DNA from: a virus
Lineage: Duplodnaviria > Caudoviricetes
Direction: 5' to 3' (one strand)
Virus record (IMG/VR): IMGVR_UViG_3300027419_000027
Coordinates: 1-64,000 of that record
Length of the DNA: 64,000 nt
Shown: one piece after another, positions 8,064 to 15,861 of the stretch
How positions within the stretch are numbered: position 1 is the first letter of the stretch
Layout: each line of letters starts with the position of its first letter
Made by a program: the position numbers and the translations under genes
Notes under the pieces: model-generated
What the model saw: the letters and a program-made list of their open reading frames with translations, nothing else
The model's database searches: none
What the model was told of the DNA's origin: nothing

Positions 8064-8414
8064 TCAGGAAACGGCCCACAGTTCGCACCGGCATGGCTCA
8101 GTGTGGGCGTCTGACATGTGATCATAGATGCTATCGAGAGTGGTCATTAATGTCGCACCGTCGGCGTACTCACCGGACCCGACGACGGACCCATCGGCGA
8201 GCCGCTCTAGCCTGCCGACCTCACGCACATAGCACGATTGATCGCCAGGCCGGGTCGGTCGGACATCGTATACGGTCACGAGACCGCCGCCTCCGGCAAT
8301 TAGCCCCTCAGCGAGGCCGTAGGCGAGTCGCTTAGCCTCATCCCCGTCTCTCTCTCCGTAAACGTCGGTGTGATCGCCATTGCTGCGGCGATACTCGATT
8401 TCGTAGTGTTCCAT
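8064..8414 (-). CDS. small cassette ORF (MEHYEIEYRR...)
   Basis: cacAGGAGatgagaccaATG leader. Confidence 0.7.
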   Translation of the reverse strand: MEHYEIEYRRSNGDHTDVYGERDGDEAKRLAYGLAEGLIAGGGGLVTVYDVRPTRPGDQSCYVREVGRLERLADGSVVGSGEYADGATLMTTLDSIYDHMSDAHTEPCRCELWAVS

Positions 8415-8440
8415 TGGTCTCATCTCCTGTGAGGTGGGGT

Positions 8441-8497
8441 GTGGTAAACGCAAGTCCCCGGCCAGGACGCAACCCCTGACGCGGCTGCGGGGAAGGG
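8441..8497 (-). repeat. intergenic structured module B, copy 2 of 2
   Basis: identical to 5304..5360. Confidence 0.95.
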
Positions 8498-8501
8498 GGA
8501 A

Positions 8502-8774
8502 TCAAGCCGGCAATCGGTAGTGCTGGCCATTGCTGGCGGTCATCTCGTCGCCCGGCTGCGGATCGTCCTCGATAATCCAGCAGGCGATTTCCTCGGCGAT
8601 CGATGCCGGAAAGTCCTGCAAGTCAAGCGGGGTCCATGCGTGTCCGACTCCGCTCGGGTCTTCTTGGACTGCGTGGCCGGTGATAATCTCGTTCGTGTAG
8701 GTGTGCAAGACAGGGCGGCGGGTTTCGGTGGTCTGGTAGCTACGGTCGATGGTTAGGGCGGTGGTTTCGCTCAT
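8502..8774 (-). CDS. small cassette ORF (MSETTALTIDRSY...)
   Basis: starts from RBS module C copy 2. Confidence 0.7.
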   Translation of the reverse strand: MSETTALTIDRSYQTTETRRPVLHTYTNEIITGHAVQEDPSGVGHAWTPLDLQDFPASIAEEIACWIIEDDPQPGDEMTASNGQHYRLPA

Positions 8775-8802
8775 CTGTCGGTTCTCCTGGTTGGCCCTCA
8801 GC
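8771..8802 (-). repeat. RBS/start module C, copy 2 of 2
   Basis: identical to 5243..5274. Confidence 0.95.
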
Positions 8803-8910
8803 CCCGCCCACTCCCCATAGAGCGGCGGCAACCAGCAGATAGGGGAGTGAGCGGAGCGTGTTTCGTTGTGCTCATTGGTTGCCGCCTTAGAGCTTGTGCG
8901 TTACACTACT

Positions 8911-8939
8911 AATATACGGATAGGCCCCAACCGAATCAA
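8911..8939 (-). promoter_or_regulatory. sigma70-type promoter, likely driving the cassette array
   Basis: minus strand TTGATT-17 nt-TATATT; ATAGG boxes at 8920, 8939 and 8956 are possible operators. Confidence 0.65.
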
Positions 8940-8966
8940 TAGGCAAAATTCCCGAATAGGGCCAAA

Positions 8967-9350
8967 ATGGCAAAAGAGGCATCCAAGCCGCCAATTAAGA
9001 AGGCCGGCTCAGAGAAGCACCTAGCCCACCTCACCTATTCCCAGATCGCCACATGGGCCAAGCTCGCCCCACGCTCAGTCATCCAGTACGCCTCTCGCGG
9101 CGATTTCGATACTGCGAGCATCGAGAGCGTGCTAAAATGGGTCAACGCCCGCAGGCAACGCCTCGGCCTGCCACTGATTGGCGAGCCGCCAGCACCCGCA
9201 GAAAATTCCTCGGAAAATTTCCGGCCAATTTCCGCGAGTCAAGCCCCCTCAATCACTGACGGGGGGCCGCTGTACAAAAATCCCCAGAAAACAGGCTCGA
9301 AACCGATTCGAGCGATTCCCATTTACCAAGTGTCCAGCAACCCTATGTGA
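8967..9350 (+). CDS. hypothetical protein, possibly HTH-like regulator
   Basis: LTYSQIATWAKLAPRSVIQYASRG helix-turn-helix-like segment; divergent from promoter 8911-8939. Confidence 0.5.
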   Translation: MAKEASKPPIKKAGSEKHLAHLTYSQIATWAKLAPRSVIQYASRGDFDTASIESVLKWVNARRQRLGLPLIGEPPAPAENSSENFRPISASQAPSITDGGPLYKNPQKTGSKPIRAIPIYQVSSNPM

Positions 9351-9395
9351 TACCCTCGCCTCCACTCGTACCCTACAACCCAATCACCGGAGATT

Positions 9396-9746
9396 TTGAG
9401 GATGCGTAGTCTACCACCACTCAGGCCGCAGCAGTTCCACCCGCCACATTCTCCGCATATGGCACCGATCCCGATAATCGGCCAGCAGCAAGCACAGCAG
9501 CAGGCACAAGCACAAGCCGCCATCCAAGCCGCCGTCCAGTCCCTCTCCCTCGGCATCTATTCCGATCTCGCGGTCGGCCACCTTGCTCTCCATACCACGC
9601 ACCCAGCCGATCCATCGCGACTCCGACAACTCGCCGCGGATTCCCTGATTGCAGCCCGGGCGTATTTCGAGGGATTGGGAGTCATCGAGATTCCAGCCGC
9701 CCAGCAACCAGAGCAACCGCAGGGGGATTCCAATGGCCAAGCGTAA
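9396..9746 (+). CDS. hypothetical Gln/Ala-rich protein
   Basis: track ORF; alternative start at 9459. Confidence 0.55.
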   Translation: MRMRSLPPLRPQQFHPPHSPHMAPIPIIGQQQAQQQAQAQAAIQAAVQSLSLGIYSDLAVGHLALHTTHPADPSRLRQLAADSLIAARAYFEGLGVIEIPAAQQPEQPQGDSNGQA

Positions 9747-10608
9747 GCCAGCGAAGAGCCCAGCGACCAAGAGCACCGGCTCACTCATCCCCGCCACCAA
9801 CGCCACACCGCTCAGGTTCGAGGGCGTTTCCAACGCAGACACAGAGGGACAGCAGGGAGAAGGACCAGGGGGCGGAGCCACACGCCCCGTTTCCAGCGAT
9901 AAGCACACAGACGCACAGAGCAATAGCCAGAGCAACAGTGTTACGGATGCAGAAAGCGTAATACCAAGCACAGAAGAAGATACGAAGGACGCAAACGCTG
10001 CCCAAATTAACAGAACAGATGGTGTTACAGATTCAGGGAACGTAACACTCACGCCCAATGCCGACGCGCCGCCGCTGGTGGTGCCCCCCGCGCACGCGAG
10101 ACCCGACGAATCGCGTAGTCAGGCCTGGGAGCGAATCCGCAAGGAAGGTCGAGCGGCTGGCCTAGGCAAGCTGGAGGCGTATGAGCGAGCAACCGTAGAG
10201 GTGGATCGACTGTTTCCATTGGGATCGACTCCGGTAGTCGAGCTCGCCTCCATTGATCCGGCTCCCGCCGAGGGCGAAGGACTGCCGGGGCTGAGTATCA
10301 TTCCGGTCGACTGGCCCGATCTTCCGGCCAACGCAGCCCTGCCGGCTGAGGTGTCGTGGGTGCAGTCCAATCGTCTTCGGGTCCGGGTTGGCGACCGGGT
10401 GGAGCTCGGGCGGGCTCTCTCTCCTGCCCCCAGTCATGCCACGCTCGCCTGGCTCGAGACATCTATCCTGTACGGCAGCAAGTGGGCCGACATCGTGGCC
10501 CGGGCGGCTTCGGCCCAGGTCGATGAGGCATCCCATGCCCGGCGTGAGAGGGCAGCGCTTGAGGTGGTGGGCGAGCTACTGGGCAGCATGGCCGAGGCTA
10601 CCACATAG
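9733..10608 (+). CDS. hypothetical protein; candidate terminase small subunit (position-based)
   Basis: GGGGG RBS, long ORF with a low-complexity N-terminus and helical C-terminus; function is inference only. Confidence 0.55.
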   Translation: MAKRKPAKSPATKSTGSLIPATNATPLRFEGVSNADTEGQQGEGPGGGATRPVSSDKHTDAQSNSQSNSVTDAESVIPSTEEDTKDANAAQINRTDGVTDSGNVTLTPNADAPPLVVPPAHARPDESRSQAWERIRKEGRAAGLGKLEAYERATVEVDRLFPLGSTPVVELASIDPAPAEGEGLPGLSIIPVDWPDLPANAALPAEVSWVQSNRLRVRVGDRVELGRALSPAPSHATLAWLETSILYGSKWADIVARAASAQVDEASHARRERAALEVVGELLGSMAEATT

Positions 10609-10923
10609 CGTATACGCTACGTGATGGGCTGTATTGGGCCTGCTGGGCATCATCGCGTAAGGAGTTACGTCGATTCTTCGTGGGCTACCCTATTTGAGCA
10701 CATGGTCTGGCAGCCGCAGTGCTGCATGGCGAGTAGGCAGCATCGCATCGCCGGGCACTCGATCACCCGGGCGCGCCACCGGAAACCCGCCCAGACCGGT
10801 GGGGGTGGTCGCCGGGACTCCGACGTATGTCCTCATGTACCACATCCCCCATTTCACTTGCGTTTCGGGGTCCATTCCATTATCGCGGCTGGTAGGTATA
10901 CTTTGGGGAAGGAGGATGTCGCC

Positions 10924-11295
10924 GTGAAACGAAGAGAGTTTGCGAAGATTGCTTTTGGAGCGATAGTTTCGCCGTTGGCGCTGGTATCAACGCGTCGGCC
11001 GTTTATTGAGTATTTCGGCGGCGACGAGGTGAAGGCTCTGCTGTGGCTTCTCGGGGAACTCCGAAGTCACCCGAGTTTCAATTTCAGAAATGGCGATCAA
11101 CCGTTCGTGTATCGCAACGTGACACCTGGTTGTCTGTACGTGGTACACGAGAAGTGGCTGTCGCCGGTGAGTCTTGTTTGTCAGTGGGAGAGGATCTACA
11201 GATTTCCGATCTCCAGCCGAGTTAGCAGCCTCGACGAGGCGTTGGAGATGGTCATAGCCGGGCTGGCATCGGCCGAGAAAAGGAGAAAGCCGTGA
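10924..11295 (+). CDS. hypothetical protein with twin-arginine-like N-terminus (MKRREFAKIAFG...)
   Basis: AAGGAGG RBS before GTG 10924. Confidence 0.6.
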   Translation: MKRREFAKIAFGAIVSPLALVSTRRPFIEYFGGDEVKALLWLLGELRSHPSFNFRNGDQPFVYRNVTPGCLYVVHEKWLSPVSLVCQWERIYRFPISSRVSSLDEALEMVIAGLASAEKRRKP

Positions 11296-11525
11296 AACGC
11301 AGAGACTTTGCCAGGATCACCCCACTGGTTCGCGACCGCGAATCAGGGCTGGCAGTCCTTATCAAGCAGCACATAGCGGCCGTTTTCACGAGCCATCATC
11401 ATGATTCCATTGCCGACGGAAACTCGGTCAAACACCTCGACTATCTCCCCTGTTGGGACGTAGTTCTGGATAGAATCGTTCCAGACGCACTTCTCTGCCT
11501 TCAGAACTCCGGTCAAGATTCCCCA

Positions 11526-11915
11526 TCAGCGGTCGTCGTTGACGTGTTCCAGGTTTCGGATAATCCTTCCGTCGTGGAACCAGATTCCGACGATGGAGTA
11601 ATCTCCGCACGTCACATCATGCTTGTGGAATTTCCCTGCTTGCCCGTGGAACATGCGATGGCGTTTGCGTTCGCTGCTCAAGTTGTCGGAATTCCACCGG
11701 GCCAGGCTTGAGTCGGACCATTCCATGAACTGTGGGCAGAACCGCACTTCTCCGGTTTTGTTTTTGCGGATTCCGACGACGTACTTACAGGTTGGAAGCA
11801 GGGCATTAACGGTGGCGGTGTATTCCTGAGTGAGGCCGAAGAGCTCCTTCATCATCATTTCATCAAAGGCTTTTCCTGACAGGTGATACCACAACCATTT
11901 CAAAAGCCGAATCAT
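11526..11915 (-). CDS. hypothetical protein coupled to the resolvase
   Basis: ATGA overlap with the resolvase stop. Confidence 0.55.
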   Translation of the reverse strand: MIRLLKWLWYHLSGKAFDEMMMKELFGLTQEYTATVNALLPTCKYVVGIRKNKTGEVRFCPQFMEWSDSSLARWNSDNLSSERKRHRMFHGQAGKFHKHDVTCGDYSIVGIWFHDGRIIRNLEHVNDDR

Positions 11916-12517
11916 TTGGAGTCTCCTATTTTCATAGCTTTGAGGTATCGTCTGACGGAACTTACGGAAACGCCGAGGGCCTGGGCGATTTCGGCGTGTG
12001 TTAGACCTTGTTCGCGGAGTTGGGAAGCTCGGCGGGTATCGATTCCGGCTTTTGTGGCGCCTCGTGGTCGACCGGTGTAGATGCCGCGTTCTTTAGCGGC
12101 GGCGATACCTGCGGCCTGTCGTTCTCGGCGGGTTTCCTGTTCCATTTCACCGATCCCCAGGAGGACGGCGGCGATCATCTTTCCCACGGTTCCGTTGAAA
12201 TCGATCTGCTGGGAAACTGAGACGACTCGCAGTTTTCGGTCGCACCATTCGCAGAGGACGTTTAGTCCGTCTCGGAGTTTACGCGAGAGTCGATCGAGTT
12301 TGTAGACGACGACGGCGTGGATGAGTCCGTTGAAGATGTCGGCTTGCAACTTCTCGAATGCGGGTCGATTCAGAGTGTCGCCGGATTCTTTGTCGACGTA
12401 GTAGAGGACTTTGCTGTGGTCGAAGCCGTTTCCGTCCAGCCAGCGGTCGATCTCCATTCTTTGTCCTGCCTCATTCTGGCCGACTGTCGAGACCCTGACA
12501 TAGACTGCGGTGGACAT
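11912..12517 (-). CDS. small serine recombinase (resolvase/invertase) with C-terminal HTH
   Basis: YVRVST catalytic motif, DKESG, KLDRLSR, RERQAAGIAAAKERG..GRP, HTH at the C-terminus. Confidence 0.95.
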   Translation of the reverse strand: MSTAVYVRVSTVGQNEAGQRMEIDRWLDGNGFDHSKVLYYVDKESGDTLNRPAFEKLQADIFNGLIHAVVVYKLDRLSRKLRDGLNVLCEWCDRKLRVVSVSQQIDFNGTVGKMIAAVLLGIGEMEQETRRERQAAGIAAAKERGIYTGRPRGATKAGIDTRRASQLREQGLTHAEIAQALGVSVSSVRRYLKAMKIGDSK

Positions 12518-12689
12518 GGCTTTTCTCCCTGGCTGGAAAACGTCCCCAATTGGCTGCACTGTCATTCTAATAGGGTGCCAGAAATAGTCAAGTAGCGTCC
12601 AGCCAACTTGGACGGAAATTCACCCGGCACGGTGGCTGTGTTCCTGGGACTCCCGTGAATGAACGTCTGTGCCGGCCGGTGGAATTGGT

Positions 12690-12718
12690 TTGCGTTTGTG
12701 GGTCCATGTTGATATACT
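12690..12718 (+). promoter_or_regulatory. sigma70-type promoter
   Basis: TTGCGT-17 nt-TATACT. Confidence 0.6.
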
Positions 12719-12763
12719 GATACGTGGTGAACGGGTGCAGAGGCGACGAGAGGAAAGGGAGAA

Positions 12764-12994
12764 ATGAACGGCAAGGGTGACAGGAATCGTTCATTGAGCC
12801 AGTCGTACCGTGACGGTTGGGATCGGATATTTGGGGATCTCTCAGATCTTTTCCCTGATCGGTACTGTTTTACATGCCACAGATACATTCCCTGCGGGGA
12901 ACTGATTGTGTTGGATGAGGATGGTCCGCGTGGGCCGATTCGTTGTCCGCATTGCCTGTCTACTGTTGACCTCTATTGCAAAGTTGGAGCATGA
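12764..12994 (+). CDS. small phage protein (GKGD...WDRIF plus Cys pairs)
   Basis: GGGAG RBS; motif common in phages. Confidence 0.65.
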   Translation: MNGKGDRNRSLSQSYRDGWDRIFGDLSDLFPDRYCFTCHRYIPCGELIVLDEDGPRGPIRCPHCLSTVDLYCKVGA

Positions 12995-13443
12995 CCATGA
13001 AACCGAAGAGTGTTCTGCTGGCTGGCGTGTTGGTTCTGCTGGTTGCGTCACTTTCTCTGGCGGGAATCGGAACCGGCCGGAAGTCTTCCGAGAGCAAGCC
13101 GCTGGGAGCCTTGCGAGAGAATCCATACGACAGCAATTCGCTCTCGAACCCCTATGGCGCCGGAAGCCCCTACCGATCGGACGGCCTGATGAACCCGTAC
13201 AGCCGGTACGGGAGCCCTTACAGCAACCAGTCCTGGCGGAATCCCTATGCGACCGAGGCCCCGAGACTTTACGAGGGCGGCAAGTATCGCGGCCGGTTCA
13301 GCACGAACCCCTACAATCGCGACTCGATCTCCAATCCGTACGGCAGATATGGCAGTCCGTACTCGCGTGACAGTATCAGAAACCCTTATGGTGCGGGCAG
13401 CCCGTATTCCAAAAGCCCCATCTACATCTGGCCGGGGAAATGA
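12991..13443 (+). CDS. secreted protein with NPY/GSPY repeats
   Basis: signal-peptide-like N-terminus followed by repeated SNPYG.YGSPYS units. Confidence 0.8.
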   Translation: MTMKPKSVLLAGVLVLLVASLSLAGIGTGRKSSESKPLGALRENPYDSNSLSNPYGAGSPYRSDGLMNPYSRYGSPYSNQSWRNPYATEAPRLYEGGKYRGRFSTNPYNRDSISNPYGRYGSPYSRDSIRNPYGAGSPYSKSPIYIWPGK

Positions 13444-13739
13444 GACAAGTGGAAGTCAGTCCAGGCGACGAGTATGGCGATCTGACGGTTGTTCGCGAGG
13501 CTGAGAAGTCCTCGGGCAAGCGGCGATTCCTCTGCGTCTGTTCGTGCGGCAACGAGGTGACTGCCCGGCTCGATCATCTTCGCAGTGGTCATACTAATTC
13601 CTGTGGCCGATGTGGGCTGGAATTCCGCGGCGAGCGGAAGACGCTGAAGGAGTGGGCCGCGTCGGCGGGAATCAAGGAGTCGACGCTGAGAGCACGGCTG
13701 AAGGTTATGGGGGTTGGGGAGGCTTTGAGGAGGAAATGA
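13440..13739 (+). CDS. homing-endonuclease-related protein lacking the nuclease core
   Basis: C.CSCG...LRSGHTNSCG N-terminus and F.G...L.EWA...GI..STL..RL C-terminus, both matching 33155..33805. Confidence 0.65.
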   Translation: MRQVEVSPGDEYGDLTVVREAEKSSGKRRFLCVCSCGNEVTARLDHLRSGHTNSCGRCGLEFRGERKTLKEWAASAGIKESTLRARLKVMGVGEALRRK

Positions 13740-13772
13740 CACCAAGGGAAAAAAAGAAGGAAAGAGGCTGAC

Positions 13773-14051
13773 ATGAGACTCACTGCAAAAGAAGCCCACG
13801 CAATGGCTGATGCTCAAGAATACGCGGAACGAAAAGTACAGGCCATGGAAATGGGCGAACAATTCCACATTAGGGCCGTCGCCGACCTGAACACACAATT
13901 GGGGGATTATTACTCAATGCTCTGTGCTGTGCTTGACGCCGCCTATTTGGATAACAACGTCTGCGGATTGATCAAGATCGATTCTCATTCGCTTATGATG
14001 ACGAAAGGCGGACAGAGATTTCTGAGAGCATTGGAAGCAAAACAGACATGA
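13773..14051 (+). CDS. hypothetical protein
   Basis: GAGG RBS; member of a coupled ORF chain. Confidence 0.6.
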   Translation: MRLTAKEAHAMADAQEYAERKVQAMEMGEQFHIRAVADLNTQLGDYYSMLCAVLDAAYLDNNVCGLIKIDSHSLMMTKGGQRFLRALEAKQT

Positions 14052-14299
14052 CACGCCGAACGACGATGCTGTTCACAATATACCCACCAACGACAGAGAT
14101 ACGTGGCTGGATGGACTACGTTAAAAGATTTAAGCAGGATATTACGTTTATCCTGTGGTGTCGAGTGGTCAGAAAGACTCCGCGAGAGAGGATTTCTGAG
14201 TGCAACGTGGAATGCCGACAACTGAAGCCGAAGTGGCACGACAAGTCAGGCGTTACTGGTGTGATCGAAGCTACGGCTATCTGGAAAGAGCGAAGATGA
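14048..14299 (+). CDS. hypothetical protein
   Basis: ATGA overlap. Confidence 0.55.
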   Translation: MTRRTTMLFTIYPPTTEIRGWMDYVKRFKQDITFILWCRVVRKTPRERISECNVECRQLKPKWHDKSGVTGVIEATAIWKERR

Positions 14300-14679
14300 A
14301 CTCTGCACTACAGGAGGGTGTGATGATGTGCTACTGGTGCTATTGGGGTTGGCCAAAGCCAATTCGGGTCATTTACGACGACTGCGTGCAACGGGCTGGC
14401 GAATCGGCGATGGACTACGGCCCGGGGCATGTGGTATGGGCAGATGAAAACTGGGATGAGGCCCAGTCCTGTCTCATCTACTTCGACGAATGGGTGCGAG
14501 ACTGGAATCGCGATGGTGATGAGATTTGTTACACCGCTGAACAACTTGCCGTTGTTCGCGAGTCGCTTGAACGCTTGGTGTTGGTTCCCGACGAATTCAA
14601 GCATGAACCGGAAGGGTATGACGAGGAGCATCCGAACCATTATCCTCCTCCAGCATCGTGGGAGTGCGAGGTGAGATGA
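14296..14679 (+). CDS. hypothetical protein (MCYWCYWGWP...GPGHVVWADEN)
   Basis: ATGA overlap; protein-like composition. Confidence 0.65.
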   Translation: MNSALQEGVMMCYWCYWGWPKPIRVIYDDCVQRAGESAMDYGPGHVVWADENWDEAQSCLIYFDEWVRDWNRDGDEICYTAEQLAVVRESLERLVLVPDEFKHEPEGYDEEHPNHYPPPASWECEVR

Positions 14680-14936
14680 ACAAAGGTTCCATCACGGTAT
14701 CAGACAGCGGAATATCCGTACGCGAAATCGTTCAAAATGGCTGGGCTGAAACTTCATTTCCGCGGACGGCCAATGGGCTACTCGAAGCTGCAAGAATCCT
14801 GGCTGGATGGATGGACTTGCCGTGCGAAGACATTAGCGACGAGTGCAGGCGGATCCATGCGCGTGAACAACAGGACGCGTTGTGGCGCGATGAGATCAGG
14901 CGAGCTTTTGGGGAGGAGTTCGATGAGCAAGGCTAA
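14676..14936 (+). CDS. hypothetical protein
   Basis: GAGGTG RBS, ATGA overlap. Confidence 0.6.
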   Translation: MNKGSITVSDSGISVREIVQNGWAETSFPRTANGLLEAARILAGWMDLPCEDISDECRRIHAREQQDALWRDEIRRAFGEEFDEQG

Positions 14937-15081
14937 GTTAACGCAATTACTGCGAAGGGCCGTTGAACTGCTTGAGCAGGCGAAGAACGCCTGCGAGACC
15001 GAGGGAGACTTTTGCCCAGTAGACGCGTACTTGGCCCGCGAGATTGAAGAGTTCATTCCCGAAGCGGAATCGTACCTATGA
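14923..15081 (+). CDS. hypothetical protein (MSKAKLTQLL...)
   Basis: GGAGGAG RBS. Confidence 0.55.
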   Translation: MSKAKLTQLLRRAVELLEQAKNACETEGDFCPVDAYLAREIEEFIPEAESYL

Positions 15082-15336
15082 ATGGTGAATCCGATGGTTG
15101 AGATTTCGGACGAAGACGCTGACAGATTTATGAAACAGGCAGCGGAATCTATCGCCAAACGTCTAGCACAGGGCGTACCTGTGGATTTAGCACACGCGAT
15201 CGATGTGTGCGAGATTGCCTTGAATCTGGTGCATGTGTTGGACTTCGGCGAAGGTCCGATTCGGTCGCGATTGCTGGATGCGTGCCAAGCAGCGAAGAAT
15301 GAAATCGAGGATCAGTGGGAGGAGTTCGATGGTTGA
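15082..15336 (+). CDS. hypothetical protein
   Basis: abuts the upstream stop. Confidence 0.55.
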   Translation: MVNPMVEISDEDADRFMKQAAESIAKRLAQGVPVDLAHAIDVCEIALNLVHVLDFGEGPIRSRLLDACQAAKNEIEDQWEEFDG

Positions 15337-15739
15337 GATCAAGCCGGGTCCGGAACTTGACCGAGCGGTAGCTGAGGCGATTGGCTGCTACGGTTGGGTT
15401 CGACCGGAAGATGAAAATCGCGTGGTTGGATTTGGTGATCTGTTTTGTGGCACGATACCTGGCGGCATAGTGAGAGTATCAGCCAGCGATAGACGACTTC
15501 CCGACTGCATCATTCCGAACTACTCCCACGACCTGAACGCAGCGTTTGCTGCGGCAGAGAAGGTGGGGCTGTTTGACGCTCGCGATGCACACATCTTCAG
15601 ACGATCGGACGAGTGGTATTGTAGTTTTGCACGGCACATCCTCAATGACGGGACGCCGTACGGGATTACGCACACCTCAGCCACCACTCTCTCTCTAGCA
15701 ATCTGTAAGGCAATTTTGACGTTGAAGAAGATCGAGTGA
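15329..15739 (+). CDS. hypothetical phage protein (GPELDRAVAEAIG...YSHDLNAAF)
   Basis: GGAGGAG RBS; motif common in phage ORFs. Confidence 0.65.
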   Translation: MVEIKPGPELDRAVAEAIGCYGWVRPEDENRVVGFGDLFCGTIPGGIVRVSASDRRLPDCIIPNYSHDLNAAFAAAEKVGLFDARDAHIFRRSDEWYCSFARHILNDGTPYGITHTSATTLSLAICKAILTLKKIE

Positions 15740-15861
15740 TGGCTGAGAAATAGCAGCAACACCTAATCAATGTTCTCGGTGGAGCGATAAAACCTCCACG
15801 TTGGTAGATCGTAATTCCAACGTGTGAGGTTTCTTTTTTGCGCGTTCCACTGAGGCGTTAG

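Noticed and set aside
5006-8497. Repeats A and B as a CRISPR array
   Set aside because: Spacing is irregular (1.1-3.1 kb) and the intervals hold whole genes; no cas genes in the window
11912-12517. Serine recombinase as a tail-fibre invertase or as the prophage integrase
   Set aside because: It is the small resolvase type without the large-recombinase domains, lies 40 kb from the fibre genes, and I found no inverted crossover sites
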